DNA of 63,857 nucleotides, the filler included, from Dugesia japonica (lineage: Eukaryota): assembly GCA_001938525.1 (NCBI GenBank). It is 6 parts of 6 records of this genome, joined end to end, with 100 filler letters (N's around TTAATTAATTAA, not from the genome) between each part and the next. Parts side by side here need not be neighbours in the genome. Positions count along the whole stretch, not along the records: positions 1 to 9,372 come from MQRL01549744.1; positions 9,473 to 24,271 come from MQRL01603641.1; 4 more parts are not named here. One strand, given 5' to 3'. Below, in pieces: positions 1-12,837 of this stretch; position 1 is the stretch's first letter, and the number at the start of each line of letters is the position of its first letter. A program made the translations under genes and the position numbers. The notes beneath the pieces were generated by a model. That model did no database searches. It was not told the DNA's origin and worked only from the letters and a program-made list of their open reading frames with translations.

Positions 1-237
1 GCCTTGTTTGATCCAGCATGACATAATCATTGATGAGTATAATTAATTAATTTGACTCCCATTTGATTTGAGATACAAATTTTATTTTGAATGTTATAAA
101 TATTTTCAATAATTTTAAATTTATTATTTCTTTCAAAGTAAAAATTTTCTTTAATATAATCGATTGCCTTACACCATTCTTACCCTTTACAACATTCATT
201 TTGTAACATTAGTACCAGTATTTTAGTTTTTATGTTC

Positions 238-239
<2 letters not shown>

Positions 240-304
<65 letters not shown>

Positions 305-354
305 NNNNNNNNNNNNNNNNNNNNNNNNNNNNNNNNNNNNNNNNNNNNNNNNNN

Positions 355-421
<67 letters not shown>
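240..421. repeat. (TTA)n microsatellite spanning an N gap
   Basis: Pure TTA repeats on both sides of the gap. Confidence 0.97.
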
Positions 422-422
<1 letters not shown>

Positions 423-714
423 GATAGAACACAAGATTCTTCCATAATGTTTATTTATTAAAATTCAAATTATAATTACAAAATGGATAATATTTAAACA
501 AAGTTTATATATCAATTAATAACTGATATTTAACTACTCTCTTTTCTAATTTTAAGTTTCTATCTTCAGACATTCCAATTTTCTGGCTTTCAGTTTTCCT
601 GCAAAAACTTTAAGCCCATGGTGTGGGCTTATGAATTTAATTATATTTTTATGGACCTTGATATCTTAAATCGTCTTTCTTCAGCTAGTGTGGATCCACC
701 TTTACTAATAATTC

Positions 715-3130
715 TTACCCTTTATTATATTGTCTATATGTTTGTCTGTCAAATTCATATTTGCTTAACTTTTTAGCCACTTCTTGTAAGCTTCCATTTC
801 CTACTTCATTCATTTTTTTATGATCTGAACTTTCTTGTTGCAGTAACCCATCTAAAACTATCCTCCTTCCAAGGATAATTTTAAAAGGAGATACACCAGA
901 TAATTTCTGTTGAGTCGCTTTCATAGAAAATTGTATTCTTTGCAGTAATTTGTCCCAGCTTGCTTTCGAGGATCCATATTTTATCGCTGTTACCATCATA
1001 TCTCTCAATATTCTAATGCTTCTTTCTGCTAAGCTATTTGATTGATGTTGATATGGCGATGCAAACTCTTGTTTTTATCTCAAATTTATCTGTTAGTGAT
1101 TGGATTAATTTTCCTTCAAATATCTTTCCTCTATCAGTTAAAAAAGACTTCTGTTTCCCAAAACGTTTTATCCATTGCTCTTTTATCAGACCAACCACTG
1201 ACTTTTCAAACTGTTTATTCAATGCTACAAAATAAACTAACTTACTAAATCTGTGCTTCAGGAAAATAAGCAATATCCATGACAACCTGTTCTAAAGGTC
1301 CAAATTCTGTTCTTGGTATCAAACACTCTTTCGTTCTATCCGTGTATGTCTTTCAAATATTGCATATCATGCATTTTTTAATTTGTGTGTCGACAATCAC
1401 TTTCCTTTTTGGCCAAAAATAATTTACACTTAAATATTTTGTCAGTTTTTGTCCTCCTACGTGGCATGAAATTAATAAAGTTTGGGTATCGATTGCCCTG
1501 CAAGTACTATTTTCTTTTTTTTATTTTCATTGATAATTAACATTTCATCATTCATCTCAAATTTATCCATTTTTGAATAATATTTACTTTTCGTCAACAT
1601 AACACTCAGTTTACTATCACCCTTTCCTTTTTCTATATATTCTTTTAACAAGATCATTTCTTTGTATTTCTTTGATACGACAATTATCAAAATTTGTTTT
1701 TTCTAATACATTGATTCTTTTAACCCGAGCTTGTTCTTCTTTGGCATCTTGAAGCGATGTCTGACATTGTGAACACCAGCTTTCACCTATTCTTGAAAGT
1801 CCATTGTCATTACCACGTGCTCCTCCTTTACTAAATTCTAGATCGAAATTAAATTCTGTTAAATTTGTTATCCATATTTGGAACGGTGAAGTAATAGGTT
1901 TACTCATCTTCGTCATAAAATTCAGAGGTTTGTAATTTATTCTTGTTCTTAATTCTTTTCCGTATAAATAATACAATGCTAACTACTCATTGCGAGTTAC
2001 ACAATATTTTTTTTCATGATCATTTAATGTGCGAGAACCATAAGCTATTACTCGTTCAAATCCATCGTTTGTAACTTGGCTTAAAACTCCTACAATTGCC
2101 CCGAAACTAGCATCCGTATCTAAAGTCATTTAACTTTTATCCTTTGGAAAAGCCAAGATAGTAGCACTACATAACTTGATCTTTAACATTTGAAAACTAT
2201 CCTATTATTCCTTTGTTCATTCGATAATTTTTCATGGCCCCAGTGGCTGCATATGAGAACTTAGTCTTTTATAAACCGCATGTAATAATTGTTTAGACCT
2301 AGAAATGCCCGTATTTGTGTGGTGCATTTTTGTGTCTTTGCTTCCCGAATTTTCCTGATAGTATCGTCATTTGTCTCTACATTTTTAGCATTAATTGTAT
2401 GACTCAAGAAACGCAATTTCTCAGAATTGAATTCGCATTTATCCAGATTTATCTTTAAACCTGCTTGTTTGAGTAAAGAAAAAACTTTACCAGCCCATTC
2501 ATCATGCTCTTGTTGAGTTCGTCCATATATCAAAATATCATCAAAGTATATTAGTACTCCTTTGTACAACATTCCGTTGAATAATTGATGGATCAAACTT
2601 TGGAAAGTTAATGTTGCAGTGCACAATCCAAATTGCATGCGATTAAAACAAAACTGCCTCATCTTTGTACAAAAAGCTGTTTTCAACTTCAATTCTTCAC
2701 TTAACTCAACTTGGTAGTATGCTTGTCCCAAATCTAGCAATGAAAAAAATTGATCCTTTAAGCGTGTCTAAAAGTAGTTAAATATCAGGCACAGGAAAAA
2801 AGTATTTCTCTGTAATTGAATGAAATTTTCGGAAATTCAGACACATTCTTATTGTTCCAACTTTCTGCGGTACAATGACTAATGGTGAATTTCAATGACT
2901 TCTGCAACTCTGGATAATATTTGCTTTTTTAAGAATTTCTAATAACTCATCAATTTTGCTTTCCAAATGCATTGGTTGTCTTTTAGAATTTAACATTATT
3001 GGTCCTCCTTTTGTTTCCATGTGATGCTGTATTGTTGTTATAAATCTAAGATCATATTTCTATGTCATAAATGTTCTAAATGTTCTTCTATCAGTCTTCT
3101 AATTTATTGATTAACATTCTTTTGAATATT
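715..3130 (-). mobile_element. Degenerate Ty3/Gypsy pol (RT - RNase H - integrase), frameshifted pseudogene
   Basis: ORF 2261..2740 has RT motifs LDLGQAYYQV, MQFGLCTA and YFDDIL. 1617-2200 is RNase H-like (INYKPLNF, GNDNGLSR). 715-1470 is integrase-like (FLTDRGKIF, SPFKIILGR). The RT-RH-INT order is Gypsy-type. Confidence 0.92.
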
Positions 3131-4119
3131 AAGAACATTTTTCGGGCATGGTTAATTTGGGTCAGTTTTAGACAATTATTTATTCGGTTATGGTTAATTT
3201 TGGTTAATTTTTGAGCGATTTGGATTAAATTTTTCTCAGTATTGGTCAGTTTGAGATGAATTCTTACGGAAAAAGTAGAATTTGTTTAAATTTTCAAATA
3301 TTTTAAAATCATTTAAAACTTTTGTGGTAAATTGGTGAAAATAGGTCATTTTTGTTAAAATTTTCAGATTTTTACAATCTTTAAATCAAAGTTTTATGGG
3401 AATCCTGGAAAATTTTTTTGAAGAGATTTTTACATCAATCGATGCAGAATTCGATGGAGATTATTTTTCACAATTAACAATTTTTCGAAAAAATTATTTC
3501 TCATCTTTGCATTAAATAATTATTTCTATTAGATAGAGAATTCTTTACTGATTCCAAATATATAAATCTGAAATCGCCAAAGTTTATATGGAATGAAATA
3601 AATAGGGTTTTGTAGTGAAAAATCTCAAATTTTGAATTTGGTGCTCAATTTTCTCTGCATACATACCTCGTATGGTTTCAAATTTACTATTATTTTACTC
3701 ACAAGGAAAGAGTGACTACGTAAAGTTAAAATATCGTCTCGGCCAAAATGCTTCCTATCGAAGATATTCAGCTGTCCTCTCGGATTTGGTAACTTTTTTC
3801 GAAAATAGAAAAAGTATCTTAAAATTGGTCAAAGAGGTATCTTTTCGATAGAGAATCTTTCTTTAAATTCAAATATGAAAATCGAAAATCACCAAACCTT
3901 ATAGATAAAAAGTTAACTATAAAAAACATGTACTTCATTTTTGGGAATCTGGGAGGAATTATGGAATTTCGAAAGGGTAACTAAAATGTAATTATAAATT
4001 AGTCTATCCGATAGAGAATTTTAGTTTTTGTAAAAAAAACATGAGTATAAATCACCAAACTTTATAGATAAAAAGTTATAAAGAAAAACAATGTGTAAAA
4101 TAATTCGACAATTATAGGA

Positions 4120-4950
4120 ATCAAACCACCACTGATGAACTGTAAAAGAAATGCTATTACCGCTGTACTATGCAGTAATCCATCTTCAGTATTCAATGAA
4201 ATCATTGGATCCTCCTCACCTTATTTATGTCCTACTAAAGAAGACATCATCAAATATTTTACACAAACTCACATCTTCAACCATTGTCCAGCCATGAAAA
4301 ACCAGAAGTACAACAAGCACAACAGAATTTTAGAAAGAACAGCCGTGATCTTCCGAAAATGGGACTGTTACGTACAGTATGACTGCTCACCGCAAGGCCT
4401 CGATACCAAGCTGAGACCTGATCTGGTTATTACTAGCAATAGGAATAACAAGATCCACATTCTGGACGTCAAAGCACCCTATGACTCTCTCGAAGGCTTC
4501 AAGAAAGCTCGATCTGACAATAAAATAAAATATGAACAGGTTCGGAAAGATCTTGGGACCAAGTACCGCAAAGAGGTTACACTCGATGCTATTGTCCTTG
4601 GTACCCTGGGATCATGGGATCCAGCAAATCAGATCCCAATCCAAGTCCATTGGACTTAACAATAGAGAAATTAAATACATAGCTCAGGCTTTGATAGAAA
4701 ATGTCATTAAGACTAGCAGTCGGAGTTTCTTAGACCATCTGATAAATGAAGCCAGATTCAACACAATTGATGGTACTCCACTCCATTGATGTTTGAGCTG
4801 GGTTTGATTAAAACTCGGCTGCCCGTAGAAAAACATAAAAGTTTAAAAGAAAAATTAAGGTTACGAACTCGTCTGTACCTAATTGGACTTGTTTCATGGA
4901 CTAGTCATCCAGTTGTTATGATAAATAAACCTTACTTTGATAAAAAAAAA
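4120..4950 (+). mobile_element. 5'-truncated non-LTR retrotransposon with restriction-like endonuclease (NeSL/R2/R5-type), 3' UTR and A-tail
   Basis: ORFs 4135..4659 and 4532..4789 carry a partial zinc knuckle HIFNHC, KHN (RHN-like), LRPDLV, HILDVK, K-x-KY and AIVLGTLGSW. The 3' UTR has AATAAA at ~4924 and an A run at ~4942-4950. Confidence 0.85.
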
Positions 4951-5236
4951 GAAAATATTTCAAATATCATTATTAATAAGGATAAAAAATCATCAAACAT
5001 TATTATTGATGAAATAAATTAAAAACAAGTACTTATTATGGGTTGCTCTCATGGATAATTATAGTCTCTTATGAAAAACCATCAAATTTTGAAAAAACAA
5101 AAAGTCAGTGAAATTTGAACATCATAGGATCTATTAGATAGAGAAATTTTTACGGGTTCTGTATATCATCATCTTAAATCGTCAAACCTTATATTAGTAA
5201 ATCTGGTAAAATCCGAAAGAACAAAGTTTAAAATAA

Positions 5237-5305
5237 GTGGTCATTCATTGGATTCGAGCCCACCACTAATGAGTTGCAAAGGAAAGTTTTTACCACTGGA
5301 TCATT
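5237..5305 (-). pseudogene. Degenerate tRNA-like / tRNA-SINE head fragment
   Basis: Minus strand shows A-box-like TCCAGTGGTAA, loop TTGCAAC and B-box-like GGCTCGAATCC. No pairing acceptor stem. Confidence 0.3.
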
Positions 5306-6554
5306 CATACAACAAAACATTTTGAAATATGGATAAAAGACATCATACATTATCATTAATAGAATAAAATTAAAAACAAATACTTATTATTTGTTGTTAT
5401 CATGGATAATTGTAATCTTATATTATTGTAATCATATTATTTGATCACAGAATTTCCAAAAAATAAAAAGTAACTCAAATTTGAACATCAAGGTATCTAT
5501 TAGATAAAGAATTGTATTTTGAGTAAGAAAACCATGGTTATAAATCACCAATCTTTATCATTGATTAAATAAATTGATTAAATAAAATCATCAAATCCCA
5601 CCTGATTTCATTACATTTTTCATTACATTCTTAAAATCTGGACCAAAGTTCTTGTTTTTTATTGGTCAAGTTGGATGGTGGGTGAAAATCTAATGAAATC
5701 GAAGAAAGGATGTAGAACTTAGTATAATTATTCAACTTTTATATAAATTTATTAAAATTCCAAGTAACTTAAAGAAAATTTACACATATTTTAAAACTTA
5801 GTCTACATTTTGTATTTGTAATTTGTATACTTAGTTAAATTTAATTTTGAAATTTGAAAGTTTACATTCATTGCAAACAATGAATTTAAACAAGATTTAT
5901 TAAAAATGTTAAAATAATTAACTATTAATTTTAAAGTTTCAATTAAAATACATGCATCACTCATTTTATTTGACCAATAATTTAAATAAAAATCATAAGT
6001 AACACAATACAAAAATCAATAAAAGTTTTTAATTTAACAAAACCGGATTAAAATTTCATAATTCAATTATTTTCAGTCTTCATCAAATCATTTGGGTGAA
6101 TATTTCATTTTTCTAAACATTTAAAATTAAAGNNNNNNNNNNNNNNNNNNNNNNNNNNNNNNNNNNNNNNNNNNNNNNNNNNNNNNNNNNNNNNNNNNNN
6201 NNNNNNNNNNNNNNNNNNNNNNNNNNNNNNNNNNNNNNNNCATAAAATTCATTAATATTAGTATAATAATTGTCAAACTTTATCCTTAATGAATCAAAAA
6301 GCAAGTACTTCATAAAGATTGTTTTATAGTAATATTAAATATCGATTTGAAATTGTAATGGACTTAATACCTAATCCAATAAAATAAACCATAACTTATT
6401 AATGGAGACTTGCAATAATAACATATGTAATCAACCAATGAAATAATCAACTGTCAACATTTAATACATGAATATGATGAAAATATAGCAAAATCAGGCA
6501 AAATAATGTAGAAATGAGCAAAACAGGGTAAAACATGGTAAAAACAACTTAAAT

Positions 6555-7539
6555 ATGGTAAATTATAGTAAATTATGATAATCAGGGTAAAACCAGATTA
6601 AAAACAGAGTAAAAATGAGAGCCAATGTGTTTCAAAATTGGTTAAAAACGAGAAACATTAAACCATTAATCAGATAAAAGACTATAAATTATAAAACAAT
6701 GAAACATCAAATGAATTCACTGTGGAATATTAATCAATAAGATAAAAGTAATTACAAAACATATAAAAATATAACAAAGTAATTATTAATATTTATTTAA
6801 TTAAACGATGTATTATTCTTTCAAGTCTCAATCGTGCGCAGCAATCATAAGTGTTGGAGGAATTAAATTCTTTATCTAAGTATATTTTTATCTATTCATC
6901 AATATCAACCCATGTACACGGCTTTATCTTGTACCAGTATACTTCTGGTGCCCAATATACTGATTCATTCTTAGGATTTGGGAATTCTTCTTCTAATACC
7001 TCAAGAATCTGATCTAAAGTAAAATAATTAATTAATTATTATAATTTAGATAAAATACGTTTTTCTACAACATATTCGTCAGCAATATAATTCTCTATTT
7101 TTATTGAGTTTATAGTGAATTCTTCTGTTTCCATGTCTTCATAATCATCTGTTTGGTTATCAAAACATGGTTCTATCCATGAAGATTCATCATCATTCAC
7201 CATCCATGTTTCTTTCTGAATGTCAAACGTTTTTTCAGTATAATCTGACATTATCTATAAAATAATACTAATTAAATTTAGTATATTTAGGTTTCATATA
7301 AATAAATTCAACCAATCAAAATTTATCTTAATTTTTATTGGTATTTACTCACAGAAAAACTATTACATAAACTTGATAATGNNNNNNNNNNNNNNNNNNN
7401 NNNNNNNNNNNNNNNNNNNNNNNNNNNNNNNNNNNNNNNNNNNNNNNNNNNNNNNNNNNNNNNNNNNNNNNNNNNNNNNNNNNNNNNNNNNNNNNNNNNN
7501 NNNNNNNNNNNNNNNNNNNNNNNNNNNNNNNNNNNNNNN

Positions 7540-7606
<67 letters not shown>

Positions 7607-7686
7607 TGAAACACAATGGCTCTCATTTTTACTCTGTTTTTAACCTGGTTTTACCCTGATTATCATGATTTACTATAATTTACCAT
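6555..7686. repeat. 81-bp near-perfect inverted repeats (6555-6635 / 7606-7686) enclosing a small decayed spliced gene
   Basis: ATGGTAAATT...GCCAATGTGTTTCAA and its reverse complement, with few mismatches. Confidence 0.85.
6795..7255 (-). pseudogene. Two-exon acidic protein remnant of unknown function
   Basis: Exon MSDYTEKTFDIQKETW... then AG acceptor at ~7014 and DQILEVLEEEFPNPKNESVYWAPEVYW...DE*IKIY...DCCARLRLERIIHRLIK*. One internal stop. Confidence 0.45.
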
Positions 7687-8329
7687 TTAGTTTACCATGG
7701 TTTAAGTTTACCATAGTCTTACCATGGTTTCAACAAGAAAAATATAAAATTTTATCTTGCAAAACATAGATATTCCTTTCTATAAAATCCTTTACATTTT
7801 GCCTTCATCCTTGCTTGCTCCTTGGCTCCTTGCGTGCACCTTGGCAAACCTGCGTGCACTTTGGTTTTCATTGGTTTATTTATCTTTTAAATATAAATTA
7901 TCAGTCAGTAAAATCAATATTTTAACTATGACTAATATCTTATTGCACGGCTTAGCTTTTGAAAATTTAAGTTTCACTATTGGAAACTATGGACTATTCA
8001 TAGAAAATACAAGTTTTACCATTAGAGAATATGAGTTGGGACATTTATTTTGGCTATTATATAAATATAGTATATTCAAAGGTAACAATTATTTAATCTA
8101 GTCAGTAATTATACTGCATTTATTTTATACTTAATCATTTAATGTTTAATTAGTCTATTTTTGTCACTTTTGTCTATTTTGCCATCATTTTCATCTACTT
8201 TAGTCATTTACCTCCTATTTCTACAATTTACCCCTATTTAGCCACATTTAGCTATGTTTCTCTTATTTCATTTTTAAAAATTTTAAATTTTCATAATATT
8301 TAAACAACATGAACAGTTTGACAGGGTTC

Positions 8330-8870
8330 TTATAAAACAATCCGATAAAAAAATTTTAAAAACTTTAAAATTTAAGCAAAATTGACTTTTAATATGAATT
8401 TCCTTAAAATTCAACCCAAACTGTCCGTTTCCGAGGAAATAATTAACCAAATTAATCATTCCCGAGGATATATTTGACCAAATTAAGCCAAAACAAACCA
8501 ATTTTGACCAGATTCAACCTCACAGAGACATTTTTAACCAATTTCACCCAAACCACACAAAAACTACTCCAAATGATCAATCTGGAGGAAATATTCGATC
8601 CCATCATCCAAAACTGACCAATGTGAGTAAATAATTGACTAAGATTGTCCAAAGAATAACCCAGCTGACCAATCTTGAAGAAAAATTAGACTAAGTCACT
8701 CAAAAATTACCCAATCTGAGCAATTCCAAGGAGAAAATTGACCAATTTCAACTAAAACAGTCAAAAATTGACCACATTTGACCTCACTGAGAAACTTTCC
8801 GACCAAATTCACCTAAACAAACCAAAATTGACCTCATTCTATATCACTGAATAAATCCCTAACTAAACAT
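8330..8870. repeat. Subterminal array of AAA(A/C)TGACCAA-like short repeats, loosely inverted relative to 3140-3330
   Basis: Many TGACCAA/TAACCAA units. The reverse complement resembles the GGTCAGTTT/GGTTAATTT units at 3140-3330. Confidence 0.55.
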
Positions 8871-8993
8871 ACAGTAAAAATTAAACAGGAAAAATTAAAC
8901 ACCACTTTTAATTTCTTTTAAAAATTTTATCCCCTTTTTAAAAAGGGGGGAGGGGGAGGGGGCTTTTTTATGGATAAAATTAAGAGGGGTTAT

Positions 8994-9012
8994 GCGCCAC
9001 TATCTACCTACT
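8994..9012 (-). mobile_element. Polinton/Maverick-type terminus (AGTAGGTAGATAGTGGCGC on the minus strand)
   Basis: GCGCCACTATCTACCTACT preceded by a G-rich patch. One of seven copies of the motif. Confidence 0.65.
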
Positions 9013-9090
9013 ATGCTGTTTTTTATTTATTTATTGTTTAGAATTTTTTTATTTTTATATATTAACGCAATCATTTTATTTAGAAAAAGA

Positions 9091-9222
9091 ATGGTCCTAC
9101 AAAAAGAAGTCTACAAACAAGTATTAGACGATTATTGTAAGGAGCTATATCTACGCGGCCATTGTGAATGCTACAAGTGTAGATATATGCTTCTTGAGAG
9201 ACTTATAAATTTGTATAAATAA
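9091..9222 (+). CDS. 43-aa Cys/His micro-ORF (HCECYKC), copy 1; possibly the terminal exon of a longer gene
   Basis: MVLQKEVYKQVLDDYCKELYLRGHCECYKCRYMLLERLINLYK. 25/43 identical without gaps to the copy at 36643-36774. Confidence 0.6.
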   Translation: MVLQKEVYKQVLDDYCKELYLRGHCECYKCRYMLLERLINLYK

Positions 9223-9372
9223 ATTTTTTGTTATTAAATTTGTTTTTATTTGTTCATATAGTTACTATGTTAGTTATTTATAATAAAGCTTTTATTTATT
9301 TTGGTAGTAATTAATTACTTATGGAGTATTGTAAGCAATTTATTTATTTTAAATTTTTTAGTTATTACTTGA

Positions 9373-9472
9373 NNNNNNNNNNNNNNNNNNNNNNNNNNNN
9401 NNNNNNNNNNNNNNNNTTAATTAATTAANNNNNNNNNNNNNNNNNNNNNNNNNNNNNNNNNNNNNNNNNNNN
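9373..9472. other. Artificial scaffold spacer N44-TTAATTAATTAA-N44
   Basis: Identical 100-nt construct at five positions. TTAATTAATTAA gives stops in all six frames. Confidence 0.95.
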
Positions 9473-10640
9473 AAAGGACATCAAGAAAACGACTGTCGTT
9501 ACATAAAGAAAAAATGCGGAAACTGTGGAAGAAAGGGACATCTAATCGAAGAATGTAAGAACCCAACGTTACAATGTTATTATTGCCGAAAAACTGGTCA
9601 TCAAGTACTAAACTGTCCTAAAAAGAATGTCGAAACAGTAGAAAAAATTTGAAAGAAGGAGAAGAAGTGCGTTGGGTAAACGGAAAGCTAAAAATATGTA
9701 CAAAAGAAACCACGAATAGGCGAGAGGAAAGATTGTACATGTTGAGCACAAATTCTGAAGATCAACCAAAAGGGGTTAGTAAACAAACAATTTTTATGAT
9801 AGAAGGAGAAAATAATCAATCATCGCGCAAAACTAACGGGATCATTATAAACCGGGAAGAAAAGGAAGCAAAAAAGGATATAATNNNNNNNNNNNNNNNN
9901 NNNNNNNNNNNNNNNNNNNNNNNNNNNNNNNNNNNNNNNNNNNNNNNNNNNNNNNNNNNNNNNNNNNNNNNNNNNNNNNNNNNNNNNNNNNNNNNNNNNN
10001 NNNNNNNNNNNNNNNNNNNNNNNNNNNNNNNNNNNNNNNNNNNACGAGCAAAGGATAATAGATTATTTCGGATTGGGTTTACGAGACCTATTAATAAAAA
10101 GTTATGTGGTTTCAAGTAAACCTCTGGACTTGGCAACGGCTATATTAGAGGCAGAAGCAATGAGTGAAGTATTGGCAGAACAACGACTAATTATCGGAAA
10201 AGAAACCGTTGGTNNNNNNNNNGAACAAACTATAAACAAAATAGATGCCAGAATTGTCGAAGAACTCACCACAGTACCAAGCAATATACAATCATCTATT
10301 CATTTTGCAGCATTTGCGGTCGGGAAAATCACACCATAGGTAAATGCTGGCAAAGATATTTTAGTAAATGCGGAAAGAAGGGGCACCCAGATGAGAGATG
10401 CCTACTTAAGAGAATCAAAACAGAAGAGGATCAAAGTTCAAGAGATGATAACGAAGTTAGCGAAACTCATAACCAACAAGTTATAAACCAAAGCCCGGAA
10501 TCAATAAGATTACACATCCTAAAAATCAAAGTGCCCGAAAACCTAGAAATCCAAGAGGTATTACCAAAGGCTCAACGAGTACAAAAGTGTTACAGTTGCA
10601 ACAAACGAGGACACCAAGCTAAAGATTGTCAAACAAAAAA
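9473..10640 (+). mobile_element. LTR-retrotransposon gag remnants with multiple CCHC zinc knuckles
   Basis: 9473-9620 reads KGHQENDC..CGNCGRKGHLIEEC..CYYCRKTGHQVLNC. 10044-10640 has capsid C-terminal-like GLR..I..YV..SKPLDLATAILEA plus knuckles CSICGRENHTIGKC and CYSCNKRGHQAKDC. Confidence 0.85.
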
Positions 10641-12808
10641 TAAGCACTTTACAAAATTTAATATCTTCGGTATTATTTTTATCTTATGGTCTGCAACTCT
10701 AGAAGTCTTAGACCTTTTTATAAGATTTTAAAATGTGTAATAAAAATGAAATTAAGCTCTCAATTTATACTAAAGAGGTACGCATGCAATTTACTGAAAA
10801 TCATAAATATTTACTAAATTAATATATTAATTCATTAAGAATTATAAATGTTTATGAAAAATTATTCGTTCAATTTCTATTTTTACAAAAATTTTCAATT
10901 TATTTGCACAATTATTTACAAAATTTTCGATGAAGTTATTAATACCACATCCGCATTTTAATGAAATTACATTAGCATAGAATTAAAATTTGTACATCCA
11001 CATTAAACCAGATCTGTTTAATGGAATTACATAAACGAAATTAACATAAAATTAAAATTTGTACATAAAAATAAAAATAAATAAATCATGTAAAAATAAT
11101 TAAAAGTCAAATTGAACATAAAATAATAGAGTCAGATTGATTTCAAAAGTCAAATTGCTTTGAATTGTTGCATCCATTAGTTTTTGATTTATATAGTTGG
11201 AATTGTTGGATTGCCATCAATTTGTAAGTGTGTATGAGCTTAAATTTGTATGTATGTTTTATGTAATTATGGGCTTGGGCTTTCTTCAACATATAACACT
11301 TATATCTTTTCTATATAACCTTAAATATTATTATTATAGATAATAGATATTATTATATTTAAACTATATAGTCGACATTATATATATGAAAAAGAATTTT
11401 ACTTTTTATAAATTATAATTGTAATACAGTATTTCTTTACAAATGCGTTAAGATTTTTACCACTGAGTGTTGATCCAAGTAGATCTTGAATCTTTTAGTG
11501 ATTTGAAAAAAGGGTAGTAAACTAACATTTGTGTACGTATTTATACCAACAGGCCACTCGGTCATTACATGCAAATTAAAAATAAAATAAAATATTTGTA
11601 AAAATTTTACATTTAGATTAAAAATAAAGGCGGATATTTACAAAAGATTTATAAATTACATAATAATTTATTAGAATATTACCTTTTATTAATAAAATCC
11701 GACAAAAATTTTATAATCGATAATTATAAACAAAATTCATTATTTCATTATTCGATCAATAATTATTAATAAAGTCCGATAAAGGTGATTTGTAAACAGG
11801 ATTTACAATGTATAATTAAAATTAAAACTGTTTTTACATTAAAAATAAAATAATAATTACATTACTAAATGTAAAATAATAAAATTGTCACAAGGATTGC
11901 AATCGAAACTGTTAAAAATAAAAATAAAATTGATTAGTCAGCAATGTACAATTGTCACAATTAAGATATAATTAAAGTTAATCATGAATGCCGAAACTGA
12001 TCGTAGAAATTGAATTTGAATTGAGGGACCCGAATTGAGGTTTGGCTGGCTGAGGAGTACATTTGAATGTTTGTATTGTGGTTTGTTGTGCATGTTTGTG
12101 TATTGTGTATTTGTATGTTTCCCAACAGCTTCAATGGTTTGATCATTTGAATTGAGTGTATTGAATACAATCTATTAAAATCAAGTTGTTTTTTGGAGGA
12201 ATTTAGAAATTTAGAAATCACACGACGTAACTGAATTTTAAGCTATCACATAACAAAATAATAATAATTACTTAGTTTACTATGAATCGTACAAAGCGCT
12301 TGGCTTTTCATTTTTTGTCTNNNNNNNNNNNNNNNNNNNNNNNNNNNNNNNNNNNNNNNNNNNNNNNNNNNNNNNNNNNNNNNNNNNNNNNNCTTATTTT
12401 GACTACCGCGTCTCAGGGTACTCACTTACATCATTCAAATTGAACACTTGATATATGATGTTTACTATATTTATTTCGTTTTTCACTTATTTTTACCTTT
12501 GAGTAAAATGTTACATACTAGAAATTCAATCGATAATTTACTTGAAGCTTTAAAAAACAAGAGAACATTTTGAATCCAAGTTCTCTAGAATTTTCGGAAT
12601 TATTAAATTATAGGTTCAGTGGATGAATTCACGATATCATTCATAAAATGGTATGGAAGTTTCAAGATTCCCAAAATTTTATCTACATTGAGGAATTAGA
12701 TAACATTGAACTACGAGTATTATTTAAACATCTGTAAAGCAAACATGACTCAGAATCTGGATAGTTTGTTTAATCTCGATCCATTCATTAATGCGATGAT
12801 ATAAATAT

Positions 12809-12837
12809 AGTAAGTAGATAGTGGTGCACTGGATCAA
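12809..12837 (+). mobile_element. Polinton-type terminus (AGTAAGTAGATAGTGGTGCACTGGATCA)
   Basis: Near-identical to the terminus at 35420, including the GCACTGGATCA extension. Confidence 0.65.

Larger units (their letters stand above)
3400..5570. repeat. Degenerate modular repeat with recurrent TCTATTAGATAGAGAA and AAATCACCAAAC(C/T)TTAT boxes, interrupted by the non-LTR fragment
   Basis: The motif pair recurs near 3525/3570, 3847/3885, 4003/4050, 5131/5177 and 5496/5542. Confidence 0.6.

Noticed and set aside
180-434. Poly-N/I/L/Y ORFs here and at 7335-7626, 28418-28639, 46634-46960, 48064-48309
   Set aside because: Translations of (AAT)n microsatellites and N gaps.
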